In this document: in pieces, positions 1 to 9,339 of the stretch
Layout of the letters: each line of letters starts with the position of its first letter
How positions within the stretch are numbered: position 1 is the stretch's first letter
DNA from: a candidate division WOR-3 bacterium
Lineage (GTDB): Bacteria > Hydrothermota > Tepidihabitantia > Tepidihabitantales > DTDR01
Length of the DNA: 45,377 nt
Direction of reading: 5' to 3'
Assembly: GCA_039801885.1 (NCBI GenBank)
Contig: JBDRVN010000007.1
Span: forward strand, 1-45,377
Made by a program: the position numbers and the translations under genes
Notes under the pieces: model-generated
Told to the model about the DNA's origin: nothing
Seen by the model: the letters and a program-made list of their open reading frames with translations, nothing else
Database searches by the model: none

Positions 1-234
1 AATTGGTTTTTCAATCTCATTATCATAAAAAAGATTAGTGGTTGTTTCGTAACGGATAAGTTTCTTAAAAGGATAATCCGAACCCAAAATAAAGGGAAAG
101 GAAAAAATCCCCACACTTTCCAAAATGTTTGATTTACCGGTATTCGGCTCACCAATAAAAATATTTACTCTTTTACAATCTAATTTCAATTCCTTTATTG
201 ACTTAAAATTCCTGATTTCCAAATTTTTAACCAT
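1..234 (-). CDS. AAA/ABC-type ATPase (AAA_15/AAA_21, OLD/AbiEii-like), N-terminal part; runs off the left edge
   Basis: Not in the ORF track. Manual translation from ATG at 234 gives MVKNLEIRNFKSIKELKLDCKRVNIFIGEPNTGKSNILE..., the typical IxNFKS start plus Walker A GxxxxGKS; open to position 1. Confidence 0.85.
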   Translation of the reverse strand, partial: MVKNLEIRNFKSIKELKLDCKRVNIFIGEPNTGKSNILESVGIFSFPFILGSDYPFKKLIRYETTTNLFYDNEIEKPI

Positions 235-384
235 AATACTATCTTACCTAAAATATCTTATTTTATCAACAATTATATATATTTTATATCAAATTCTTAA
301 AACTTTTAATACTGGTTTAGTATATATTTTTTACCATCTTCGTTTTAAATTTAAAATTAAAAAGAGAACATTTTAGGGAGATTA

Positions 385-834
385 TTATTTTTTCTGGATT
401 TTTCTTTTGGGTAAGATACTATTCAATACCGGAAGTTCGCCATATTTTTCTAAATAATCATTTAAAGCCTCTCTTTCTTTTTCATCAATCTTAGTCTTAT
501 TTAATTTTTTAAAAGAGTATTGTAATCGGTAATTACTTTCATAATGTTTTTTAAAATTTTTTGTGCTTTTTATTAAATGAAACATCTTTCCCTCACTATG
601 AGGAGATATATTTTTTTCTACAGCCCTTCTAAAGTTATTCAATCTTCTTCTTAAATTTTCTGTTTTACCAATCATCAGAATGCCATTTTTATCCTTCTTT
701 AAAAAACGGGGTATAGTAATTGGTTTTCCTTTACAATTTGCCAAACGAATTTTATAAATTGCACTCTTCTCATAAGAACATGGTTCTTTCTCAATATACT
801 TCCATTGACTCCATTTATTCTTCCGTCTATCCAT
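385..834 (-). CDS. GIY-YIG nuclease-like protein
   Basis: AIYKI...ILMIGKTENLRRRL matches the GIY/YIG...NLxxR pattern, with a downstream helix Glu (EKEREAL) and a PVLN motif. Confidence 0.65.
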   Translation of the reverse strand: MDRRKNKWSQWKYIEKEPCSYEKSAIYKIRLANCKGKPITIPRFLKKDKNGILMIGKTENLRRRLNNFRRAVEKNISPHSEGKMFHLIKSTKNFKKHYESNYRLQYSFKKLNKTKIDEKEREALNDYLEKYGELPVLNSILPKRKIQKK

Positions 835-1542
835 TTTTATTTAAAATATTATAGAAATCTTTTTAAAAAGTCAAATATGTAAAGATTAATAAAAAAATTT
901 TTACCATATTTGAAAGCTTCTTGCTAAATATGAATTTGGTAATTTGTGAAAAAAGAAAACGAACTTTTTGATGGAAAAGAGTAAGAATATTGGTTTTGCC
1001 ATTTTTATTTTGGATCTTTAATAATTTTCGCAAAGAAAAATATAAAGAATTGGCTCTAACTCTGCCTTGGAGATTAGGGCTTAATAAATAAAGAGTAATA
1101 ACTTATAATTAGTCCAATTAGTTATGTTTTTAAATTCTTCTATTCTACCAGTTTTAATCTTAATTAAGAAAGACACTGATTTTTGAGTATTTCCTAAAAT
1201 ATAAGTATAAGGATTTTTAGGTTGATGTATCTTTACCTCTCTTCTCATATAACCTTCTTACACTCTTTAACTATTTCTTAACAGATTTACCTAAATAATT
1301 TAATTCTAATATAAAAGGAATTCTAAAAAGAAATATAAAAGCCTTAAATAATTTGAATGATTATTTAATAATCTAATTTATTTTTTATTGATTTCTTGAT
1401 TGTTAATTTTAATCATTATACCTTTAAAAACTAAATTAAAGACTAAATTCTATACTATCTCCTATACTGCTCCCTTCTCAATAGAAAGTAAAATCCTCCT
1501 GTTTTATTAATACAGATTTTAGAAAATATATAAAAGAAAGAT

Positions 1543-1752
1543 TTATTTAGGCATTAAATAAAGATAGGCAAAGACGCTAAACACCTCCTTTTTAGGTTTG
1601 TTTTTCAATAGCCCTTTCTTAATTGAATTACCTAAATCTAATACTATTTTTGTCCCATAATCCAAATCTAATAACTTTGGGTTACCTATAAGATATTGAG
1701 ATTTATTAACATAGATAATTATAACCCCTTTATTCTTATCTATTCTCCCCAT
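1543..1752 (-). CDS. Small hypothetical protein inside repeat copy A (paralog of 32514-32747)
   Basis: Start, stop and frame are conserved between the two copies, with several synonymous differences in KKGLLKNKPK. Confidence 0.45.
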   Translation of the reverse strand: MGRIDKNKGVIIIYVNKSQYLIGNPKLLDLDYGTKIVLDLGNSIKKGLLKNKPKKEVFSVFAYLYLMPK

Positions 1753-1758
1753 ATATAT

Positions 1759-1787
1759 ATGACGAAAAAAGACCCCTAAAGGTTACC
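1759..1787 (-). promoter_or_regulatory. Putative ECF sigma-factor promoter GGTAAC-N17-CGTCAT
   Basis: AAC...CGT spacing typical of ECF promoters; both boxes are kept in copy B while the spacer diverges. Confidence 0.5.
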
Positions 1788-1826
1788 ACTTTTTTTATTT
1801 ATTAATTTTTTATCTCTTAGGAATTT

Positions 1827-2633
1827 CTATAAACCAATCTTTAATTTGTATCTCTTTACTATTAAATATCCCCAATGGATATAATCACCAAAATCTTTTA
1901 GATAATGGGTATCGGAACCAATTAGAAATTTCTTTATCCCTATTTTTTTACAAAGCTTTATCACCTCTTCTGATGGATAAAGTTCTTTGAAAGGCTGGCG
2001 AAAACCAGAGGTGTTTATCTCTAAAGATATATTATTCTTTTTCATTAATTTTAAAATATCTTTTAAATATCTTAAACCAATATCTTTTATTTGGGAACCA
2101 AAAATTTTATAGCCAAATTTTTTGTAAATATCAATATGGGCAATATGGGTGAAGATTTTACTTTCTATCGCCTTTTTTAATAATTGAAAATATCTTTCAA
2201 GATATTGATTAATATTAGAAAAGGCTTTTATTAGTTTATCGTTCTCTTTTGATTCGGTAATGGAAATAGCATCTAAGGAATGAATGGCACCTAAAAGATA
2301 ATCAAAGGGGTATTTTTTTACTATCTCTCTTATCTCTTCTTCCTCTTCTTCGTAATAGCCAACTTCAATACCTGCCTTTATTTTTATCTCTTTATATTTC
2401 TTTTTTAAATTATCAATTTCAGAAAAATAAAAAGAAAGCCAATCAGAACGCATATCAACAATCTTGTTATTTAACTTAATATAGTCATCAGTCTCTTTTC
2501 TCTTTTTGGAGATTTCTAAATGGGGAGTAAAGCCAATCTCTTTATAACCAAGTTTTATTGCCAGTTTAATATAATCTTCTAAACTTCCTTCGGCATCCAA
2601 AGAATAACCAGGATGGATATGATAATCTTTCAT
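1827..2633 (-). CDS. PHP-domain histidinol-phosphatase (HisJ/HisK) family protein
   Basis: DYHIH, FTPH, GIEV, GAIH, IAHID, LEINTSG and GSDTH metal-binding motifs. Confidence 0.85.
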   Translation of the reverse strand: MKDYHIHPGYSLDAEGSLEDYIKLAIKLGYKEIGFTPHLEISKKRKETDDYIKLNNKIVDMRSDWLSFYFSEIDNLKKKYKEIKIKAGIEVGYYEEEEEEIREIVKKYPFDYLLGAIHSLDAISITESKENDKLIKAFSNINQYLERYFQLLKKAIESKIFTHIAHIDIYKKFGYKIFGSQIKDIGLRYLKDILKLMKKNNISLEINTSGFRQPFKELYPSEEVIKLCKKIGIKKFLIGSDTHYLKDFGDYIHWGYLIVKRYKLKIGL

Positions 2634-4003
2634 ATTTTAATTGATAAATAAATTATGTAATCAATCTCTTTATCAAATGAAAACTTTAATTTTAATAAAA
2701 AGTTCTTAAAATTGCAATTTATCTGGGAAACAAATCTTTTTCTTATATTCTCTTCTAAACTATGTTCGGCTAATATCTCTTCTTCAAAGTTATCTATTTT
2801 AAAATCTTGATTAAAATAGTTGAGATAGTAAGCAAGAATTATTTCTAAGTTTTTTACTCTTATGTTTATCCTTGGTGAGATTAAATATTTTCTTTTTAAT
2901 CCCTTATTTTCATAATAATTGTCCGAAAGAAATAAACTGAGAGAAATATCTTTTAGATTTTTATTTATTAAAAAGGAGTTTGACCATCTATTTATTCTTG
3001 TTAATTTTAAATAACGACGCAATTTTATCTGCCAAGAAAAATCATTTTCTTTTCTTTTGATAATAAAAGAAAGATTGTGAGGAAAAGAGTCATATTCATA
3101 ATTAAAGAAACTTAGATATTTAACTTGAAGGATAAAATTATTAATATCGGTTTTTAGATCAGTATCAAAATAGGGAAAATCCCTTTTTTGATAATAGGTA
3201 TAATTTGATAGATTTTTATTTAAATAGCCAAAATGAAGATTGTAAGTAAAAAATTCCCAACGATAAAATATTGAAAAGGTAATACCATATTCTTTTTTAT
3301 TGGTAAAACCAATTTCGGATGAGAAAGAACTATTTAGAAAATGTTTTTTAAAAAAATAACTGATACCCAATTTTTCTTTTAGAAAATAGAATAAATTTAT
3401 CTCGTTTTTAAAATCTTTTATTATTATATTATTAAAAATACCAAATACCTTATCACTTGTTAATAAAGAAAAATTCTTGTAATTGAAAAATAGACCGGTA
3501 AAACTCTTATTTTTACTATAACTTGTCGCCGGAGAAATTTCTTTTTTATAAAGATTTTTGTATTCTTCAATAGGAAGATAATTGGGATGGGAAAAGATTA
3601 AAGAAAGGGAACGGGAGAAAAGAAAATCGCCTAAATAAAAATTAAGATTTTTTATATTAAATTTTAAATAGTGAATAATTGTGCTATCTCTTCCTTCCCA
3701 GTGATATTCAAAAGATGAGAAATATTTAATTCTCTGCCTTAATCTCTTATCCTTGAAATATAAAGAATAATATAATCTTGGTTTCTTTTCTTCGCTAATT
3801 TTTATAAATGGCTTTATCTTTTGTTCAATTTCACCAATACTATCTTTTTCTATAATATTTTTTATGGTTATCTCATCTAAATAAGGAACTATTTCTATAT
3901 CTTTTATTTTTGTTATTGGATTTTCCTTTAAGAAGAAAATCTCTTCTTGGAGATAGTTATAATTCTCCTCTATTTGATTGAATAATAAGAAGAAAATTAC
4001 CAC
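2630..4003 (-). CDS. Hypothetical exported protein, probable outer-membrane beta-barrel with degenerate N-terminal helix-hairpin-helix
   Basis: Short hydrophobic N-terminus, IVPYLDEITIKNII HhH-like segment, FYLGDF motif, many amphipathic aromatic-rich strands. Confidence 0.45.
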   Translation of the reverse strand: MVIFFLLFNQIEENYNYLQEEIFFLKENPITKIKDIEIVPYLDEITIKNIIEKDSIGEIEQKIKPFIKISEEKKPRLYYSLYFKDKRLRQRIKYFSSFEYHWEGRDSTIIHYLKFNIKNLNFYLGDFLFSRSLSLIFSHPNYLPIEEYKNLYKKEISPATSYSKNKSFTGLFFNYKNFSLLTSDKVFGIFNNIIIKDFKNEINLFYFLKEKLGISYFFKKHFLNSSFSSEIGFTNKKEYGITFSIFYRWEFFTYNLHFGYLNKNLSNYTYYQKRDFPYFDTDLKTDINNFILQVKYLSFFNYEYDSFPHNLSFIIKRKENDFSWQIKLRRYLKLTRINRWSNSFLINKNLKDISLSLFLSDNYYENKGLKRKYLISPRINIRVKNLEIILAYYLNYFNQDFKIDNFEEEILAEHSLEENIRKRFVSQINCNFKNFLLKLKFSFDKEIDYIIYLSIKI

Positions 4004-4734
4004 TGAAAATAGAGACTTAAAGTATGGGTATCTTTTAAGTGATAATGAAAATTAAGAAAATAATAAATACCAAAAAATTCTTTTATTAATAAATCAAATT
4101 TAAAATTGGTACCAAAGGGAAGAAAATTAAATTCTTCGCCAAAAGATAGGTTTTTATTAACTCGGAAATCAAAACCAATCTTAAATCGCTCATCATCTTT
4201 TGTTTTTAAATAGCAAGAAGAAACTAAAAAATTTTTAATAAATTTTAAATCTATTCCGAAGATCAATTTTTCCTTTATCTCTTCATTCCAGATTTTTGGT
4301 TTATTAATATTAAATATTGCTAAAGAGAAAGATAACTTCTGCCAATTATAAAGAAAACCAAAATGATAGGTAAGAAAGAGATTGCCATTATTAGCAATCT
4401 TAAAATAACAGAAATTGGGTGAGAAACCATAAGAGAAATTTTTGATTTCCTTGGTATAAGTTAAAGAAAACCGATTCTCACTATAATTGGAATGATAAAG
4501 ATTTTGAATCAATAATCCAAAATTTCTAAATTTTGTTTGGCAATTAAAATAGTTTAAAGAAGCTATCTTATAGGGATTAGTATAAGATAATAAAAGAATA
4601 TTTTTCTTTTCTTCCTTAAGATAACTGGGATTAAGGTAAAAAGATTTATTTAGGGATTTACTGATAACTGAGGTATTGAGTTCCTCAATTTCAAAAAGAG
4701 CGATTTTAAATAAGGTAATAAAGAAAACGACCAC
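3997..4734 (-). CDS. Probable outer-membrane beta-barrel (PorV/PorQ-like)
   Basis: Hydrophobic N-terminus, FYLNPS (NPA-like), alternating strands, C-terminal aromatic signature LSLYFQW. Confidence 0.45.
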   Translation of the reverse strand: MVVFFITLFKIALFEIEELNTSVISKSLNKSFYLNPSYLKEEKKNILLLSYTNPYKIASLNYFNCQTKFRNFGLLIQNLYHSNYSENRFSLTYTKEIKNFSYGFSPNFCYFKIANNGNLFLTYHFGFLYNWQKLSFSLAIFNINKPKIWNEEIKEKLIFGIDLKFIKNFLVSSCYLKTKDDERFKIGFDFRVNKNLSFGEEFNFLPFGTNFKFDLLIKEFFGIYYFLNFHYHLKDTHTLSLYFQW

Positions 4735-5056
4735 AATTGGGACAGGTTTTTATTTCGGTTCGGCAGCGGGCAATTATTTCTGAAGGAAGTTTAATATAAC
4801 AACCGCTACAAAAACCTTTAATTACCTGGACAACTACTTTGCTTCCGTAATGTTTTTTTATTCGGTCGTATTCTTTTAAAAGGTTTTCATCGATTTTTTT
4901 GCGCAGTTTTGCTCTTTCCCTTTCAATCATTTTTACAAAATCAATATTTATTGGTTCGATAACGAAACCTAATTTTTGATACTCCTTTTGCTCAAAATCT
5001 TTTAGAATGGAATCAAACTCTTCTAACTCTCTCAAAAGCTCAATCTGCTTTTTCAT
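4706..5056 (-). CDS. C4-type zinc-ribbon protein (DUF164/zf-RING_7), short form
   Basis: YDRIK...CSGCYIKLP...TCPNCGRFLY. Confidence 0.85.
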   Translation of the reverse strand: MKKQIELLRELEEFDSILKDFEQKEYQKLGFVIEPINIDFVKMIERERAKLRKKIDENLLKEYDRIKKHYGSKVVVQVIKGFCSGCYIKLPSEIIARCRTEIKTCPNCGRFLYYLI

Positions 5057-5508
5057 TTTATCTTTTCTTCAATCTCTTTAATCATTTTAATAAAATCATT
5101 TGGTGTATTCGGGATAGCCAATTTTCGCCTTTTGGTCAATTGCTGACAGATGGCGGCAACCCTTCCTAAAGTCAAAAGATATTGATTACCAATATCGTGG
5201 GGTGGCGCGACAATCAGAAAGAAGAGATGGACCGGTTTTTTATCAATCGCATCAAAATCAACCCCTTCTTTCGAATAGCCAATCGCAATTTCTAATTTAT
5301 CAACTACTAAGGAACGACAATGGGGAATGGCAATCCCTTTACCAATACCGGTAGAACCAAGTTCTTCTCTTTTTAAAAGAGTTTCCACCAGTTTCTCGTC
5401 CTCTTCACCTTTGACCATTCTCACCAATTCCTTTAAGACACCAACTTTCTTTTTATTTTTTATATCTAAGTTTATGCGATCTGGTCTTAATAAAGGATAA
5501 AATAACAT
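5053..5508 (-). CDS. PTS sugar transporter EIIA (fructose/Ntr-type) domain protein
   Basis: REELGSTGIGKGIAIPHCR with the phosphorylatable His; VDFDAIDKKPVHLFFL. Confidence 0.9.
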   Translation of the reverse strand: MLFYPLLRPDRINLDIKNKKKVGVLKELVRMVKGEEDEKLVETLLKREELGSTGIGKGIAIPHCRSLVVDKLEIAIGYSKEGVDFDAIDKKPVHLFFLIVAPPHDIGNQYLLTLGRVAAICQQLTKRRKLAIPNTPNDFIKMIKEIEEKIK

Positions 5509-5518
5509 ATTACCTCCT

Positions 5519-7135
5519 TCACATTTTTTCTAATGGTTTAATTCCCAAAATTTCTAATGCTTTTTTTATTATCTTCCGACAACAAAAAGTCAAAAAAACT
5601 CTCGCCTTCATCAATTCTAAATCCTCCAAAATTACCCTTTCTTTCTCATAAAAATAATGAAATCTTTCTGCCAATTCTAAGAGATAGTAAACCAAAATAT
5701 GGGGAGCAAATTCTTTCACCGCTTGTCTAATAATATCCTTAAATTTGAGTATTGTCAACATTAAAGAACGTTCTTCTTTTGCCTTCAAATATTCTAAATT
5801 GATATTTTCTAAAAGTTTAGTAAATTGATAACCTTTTTCTTCGCCATATCTTTCAATACTACAAATTCGCGCATAAGCATACTGGACATAAAAATAGGGA
5901 TTTTCTTTTGTTGCTTTTTTTATTAATTCTATATCAAAAGTTAAATGTTGCGAAGGTTTTCTTAAAAGTAAGAAAAATTTTAATGGGTCGGCTCCCACTT
6001 CCTCCAATACTTCTTCTAAGGTAATAAATTCACCACCCCTTTTTGACATCTTAACTTTTTCACCTTCTCTTTCTAAGGATACCTGTTGGGCAATAATTAC
6101 TAAAAAATTATTGGGATCAAAACCTAAACTTTTTATTCCGGCTGCCATTCGCGAAATATATCCGTGATGATCGGGTCCCCAAATATCAATGATTATCTCA
6201 AAACCTCTTTTTATTTTATCATAATGATAGGCTAAATCGTTTAGAAAATAAGTAGCCCTCTTATCCTTGGTAATCAATACCCGGTCCTCGCTATCTTCAA
6301 AAAGAGAACTTTTGAAAAATAAGGCACCTTCTTTCTCATAAACCAAATTTTTCTCTTTCAGAATTTCTAAAATTTTTTTTTGATATTGAATTATTGAAGA
6401 TTCGTAGACAAAAGCGTCAAAATTTATACCAAATTTATCTAAAACTTCTTTCTGCCAAGAAACAATCCTTTCTAAAAGAAAGGAACGCCATTTATCTTCG
6501 GGTAGATTACTATCTAAAATTTTTTTAGCAATTTCAATTAAATATTCACCCGGATAGCCGCCTGGCGGAAATTCATCTTTTAGACCTTTTAACTCCTTTA
6601 TCCGATAGTTAAGACTTTTTTCTAACAAATCTATTTGGGTACCGCAATCATTAATATAATACTCAGTAAAGACATCGTAATTCACAAATCTTAAAAGATT
6701 TGCTAAGGCATTACCATAGGCACCGGCTCTTGCTTGCACAACCGAAAGGGGACCAGTTGGATTAGCCGAAATAAATTCCAAATTCACTTTTTTCTTTTTG
6801 CCAATATCAAAAAATAAATAATCTTCTAAAAATACTTTCTTTAATTCCTTCCTTAAAAAATCAAAAGAAAAGGTAAAATTAAGAAAACCGTTGCCACCAA
6901 TCTCAATCTTTTCGTAATCGGTATCATTTTTTATTTTTTTTATAACCTCTTTACCAATCTCCTCTGGACTTTTTTTAAATTTCTTGCTTAACAGAAAAAG
7001 AACATTGGAAGCATAATCACCAAACTTCTCTTCTTTAATAAATTCAATTTCGTGACCTTCCGGAATTTCAATTTGGGCATTTCTTAAACTCTCAATAATC
7101 TTCTCACTCAGCATATTTCTTTTGAGGAGCATCAC
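5519..7135 (-). CDS. argS: Arginine--tRNA ligase (start may be ATG at 7114)
   Basis: FGDYASN, GFLNF, EFISANPTGPL, WGPDHHGY, KMSKR, YVQYAYARICSI, terminal EKM. Confidence 0.95.
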   Translation of the reverse strand: MMLLKRNMLSEKIIESLRNAQIEIPEGHEIEFIKEEKFGDYASNVLFLLSKKFKKSPEEIGKEVIKKIKNDTDYEKIEIGGNGFLNFTFSFDFLRKELKKVFLEDYLFFDIGKKKKVNLEFISANPTGPLSVVQARAGAYGNALANLLRFVNYDVFTEYYINDCGTQIDLLEKSLNYRIKELKGLKDEFPPGGYPGEYLIEIAKKILDSNLPEDKWRSFLLERIVSWQKEVLDKFGINFDAFVYESSIIQYQKKILEILKEKNLVYEKEGALFFKSSLFEDSEDRVLITKDKRATYFLNDLAYHYDKIKRGFEIIIDIWGPDHHGYISRMAAGIKSLGFDPNNFLVIIAQQVSLEREGEKVKMSKRGGEFITLEEVLEEVGADPLKFFLLLRKPSQHLTFDIELIKKATKENPYFYVQYAYARICSIERYGEEKGYQFTKLLENINLEYLKAKEERSLMLTILKFKDIIRQAVKEFAPHILVYYLLELAERFHYFYEKERVILEDLELMKARVFLTFCCRKIIKKALEILGIKPLEKM

Positions 7136-7442
7136 CCCAGAGCCTTTCTAACCCATAAAACTCTCTTATCTCTTTTAAAAAAATATGGATAACCACATCA
7201 ATATAGTCAATCAAAATCCATTGGGCGGGATTATAACCTTCAATATGATGGGGTAAAAGACCAAAATCTTGCTTCATTCTCATTTCAATCTCATCGCACA
7301 ATGCCTGGGCATGGGGAATGGAATTAGCGGTAGCAATTAAAAAATAATCGGCAATTGGCGAAAGTCTTCTTAAATCCAAAAGTAAGATATCGCTCGCTTT
7401 TTTATCAACCAAAATCTTAACGATATAGTCAGTTATCTCCAT
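7104..7442 (-). CDS. rsfS: Ribosome silencing factor
   Basis: DKKA.DI, ADYFLIAT, WILIDYIDVVIHIF, REFYGLERLWGDA. Confidence 0.95.
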   Translation of the reverse strand: MEITDYIVKILVDKKASDILLLDLRRLSPIADYFLIATANSIPHAQALCDEIEMRMKQDFGLLPHHIEGYNPAQWILIDYIDVVIHIFLKEIREFYGLERLWGDAPQKKYAE

Positions 7443-7887
7443 TTTTTATTATCTCCGAATAATCTTTGCCTAAAATTATTGACGCCGATAAATTTAAAGT
7501 GGAATCCACAAAAAGATGGACTGGCGGATATTTTTCTTTATTAAAAAAGAATGATTTATTTATTTTCCAAAAAAGAAATCTTTTAGGTTTCTTATACCCT
7601 AAATACTTTTGAATTATTTTCCCATTTTTTAAATTTTTATCAATATGTTCAATCACAATTGTCTTTTCAAAAGTGTCGTTTATCTCTATTACATATGATA
7701 CTAAAAAATTATATTTTTGTAAATATTTATTAAAAAGAACTGAGGCTAATCTATCACCACTACCATTAATAATCGCAATTGATAGGTTTTGTAAATTTTC
7801 GTTTGGTAAATTCCTTTTAAAATTTCTTCTAAACAAAAAGAAGAAGAGAACAATTAAAAGGATAATACCTAAAATAATTTTTTTCAT
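7429..7887 (-). CDS. LytR C-terminal domain membrane protein
   Basis: N-terminal TM helix, IAIINGSG...LA, terminal IILGKDY; usual position upstream of rsfS. Confidence 0.75.
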   Translation of the reverse strand: MKKIILGIILLIVLFFFLFRRNFKRNLPNENLQNLSIAIINGSGDRLASVLFNKYLQKYNFLVSYVIEINDTFEKTIVIEHIDKNLKNGKIIQKYLGYKKPKRFLFWKINKSFFFNKEKYPPVHLFVDSTLNLSASIILGKDYSEIIKNGDN

Positions 7888-8621
7888 TTTTTAAGGGAAA
7901 GATATTCTCTGTAGGTATTAATTCCTTTTATCTCTTTACCGGAAGTTCTTATCCCCCTTAATTTTATCTCTTTTTTAATTGCCAATTCTATTAAATCGGT
8001 TAAATAATATTCTTTGGTTAGGGAATTCTCTTTGATTTCTGAAATCAAATTATTAACCACTCCTAAATCAAAAAGATAACAACCACTGTTAACTTCTTTT
8101 ATTCTCTTAATTTTTGGTGAGGCATTTTTTTCTTCAACAATTGCCAAAATCTCTCTCTTTTTATTCCGGAAAATTCTTCCATAACCGGTAGGATTTCTTA
8201 AAAAAGCGGTTAAAAGAATAATTCCTGGCTTTTCTTTTTCGTATAACCTAATCATCCTTTCTATTGTCTCTTTTTTAATTAAAGGGGTATCGCCACACAA
8301 GACAATTACCTTATCCTCTTCCTTTAAATAGGGCAAGGCTTTTAAAAAGGCATCGCCAGTTCCTTTTGGTTCTTCTTGGCAGATAATAAGAATCTTTTTA
8401 TTAGAAAAAAAATCCTGATATCTTTCCTTTGCCTCCCTTATCCCCTCTTCATTCAAAACAACAATAATTTTTTCTATCTCTTTTATTTTTAATAATTTTT
8501 TTAAAAGATAGATGATTAGCGGTCTCTTTTTATAAGGTAAGAAAACTTTAGAATAAGGAATGCCAATTCTTCTACTCCGACCAGCAGCCAGAACTACTGC
8601 TTGATAACAGTTTATTGACAA
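7884..8621 (-). CDS. NTP transferase similar to the GlmU N-terminal uridyltransferase domain
   Basis: VLAAGRSRR, QEEPKGTGDA, LCGDTPLI, PTGYGRI, EVNSG, EYYLTD, GIN; ends at 245 aa with no hexapeptide repeats. Confidence 0.85.
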   Translation of the reverse strand: MSINCYQAVVLAAGRSRRIGIPYSKVFLPYKKRPLIIYLLKKLLKIKEIEKIIVVLNEEGIREAKERYQDFFSNKKILIICQEEPKGTGDAFLKALPYLKEEDKVIVLCGDTPLIKKETIERMIRLYEKEKPGIILLTAFLRNPTGYGRIFRNKKREILAIVEEKNASPKIKRIKEVNSGCYLFDLGVVNNLISEIKENSLTKEYYLTDLIELAIKKEIKLRGIRTSGKEIKGINTYREYLSLKK

Positions 8622-8971
8622 TTATTTACTAATTGATTTTTATCATCAACAAAAATTTTTTTGGGAATATAAGTTATTGCTTGGGAAGACTCCACTAAAC
8701 AAGTAGAAATTATAATCAGTTTATCACCAATCTCTCCCCAACGAGCCGCGCCACCGTTCAATTCACAAACGCCACTTTTCTTTTTCCCTTTCATTACATA
8801 AGTTTCGAAGCGGGCACCATTATTAACATTAATCACGATTACCATTTCTCCTTCAATAATATCCGCTTTTTTCAATATTTCTTCATCAATCGTAATACTT
8901 CCCTCGTATTCTAAACTTTTGTTGGTCACCCTAATTCCGTGAATCTTACTTTTAACAATCTTCCTTAACAT
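8612..8971 (-). CDS. panD: Aspartate 1-decarboxylase
   Basis: KSKIH, YEGSITID (Gly-Ser cleavage site), NGARFETY, LNGGAAR. Confidence 0.95.
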   Translation of the reverse strand: MLRKIVKSKIHGIRVTNKSLEYEGSITIDEEILKKADIIEGEMVIVINVNNGARFETYVMKGKKKSGVCELNGGAARWGEIGDKLIIISTCLVESSQAITYIPKKIFVDDKNQLVNNCQ

Positions 8972-8973
8972 TT

Positions 8974-9339
8974 TTATTTAGCGGCACTTTTGGTAAACTG
9001 AATGATTGCCATTTGCGCATTATCACCAACTCTTGTACCGGTTCTAATAATTTGGGTATAACCACCGGTAGTATCGTTAAATCTTTTGGCAACATCTTCA
9101 AAAAGTTTTTTTACCAGTTTTCGGTCAGAAAGAAAGGCGAAAGCCCGTCGTCGATTAGCCACCGTATCCTTTTTGGCAATATCAATCAAATGCTCGATAA
9201 AAGGACGTATTGCTTTTGCCTTTACCAAAGTAGTTTCAATCTTTCCGTGTTTTAATAAAGAACGACAGAGATTTTTGATTAATGCTCTTCGGTGGTCAAC
9301 ATCCCTTTGGAGTTTTTTAACTTTCCTTTTGTGTCTCAT
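8974..9339 (-). CDS. rplQ: 50S ribosomal protein L17
   Basis: MRHKR..KKLQR...HR, IETTLVKAK, GGYTQI, GDNAQMA. Confidence 0.97.
   Translation of the reverse strand: MRHKRKVKKLQRDVDHRRALIKNLCRSLLKHGKIETTLVKAKAIRPFIEHLIDIAKKDTVANRRRAFAFLSDRKLVKKLFEDVAKRFNDTTGGYTQIIRTGTRVGDNAQMAIIQFTKSAAK

Larger units (their letters stand above)
1388..1802 (-). repeat. Dispersed ~420 bp repeat, copy A (inverted relative to 32464-32890)
   Basis: Reverse complement aligns to 32464-32890. Identical blocks include ATAAATAAAAAAAGTGGTAACCTTT, ATATATATGGGGAGAATAGATAA, ATTAATAAAACAGGAGG and a 32-mer (1450-1481 = 32809-32840). Confidence 0.9.

Noticed and set aside
125-376. 83 aa plus-strand ORF
   Set aside because: Antisense shadow of the ATPase gene (1-234) and its promoter region.
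1053-1080. Hairpin GCTCTAACTC...GAGATTAGGGC
   Set aside because: Imperfect stem, not placed after a gene end, no U-tract; too weak to call.
1388-1802. Calling the dispersed repeat an IS or MITE
   Set aside because: No transposase, terminal inverted repeats or target-site duplications could be identified; kept as an unclassified repeat.
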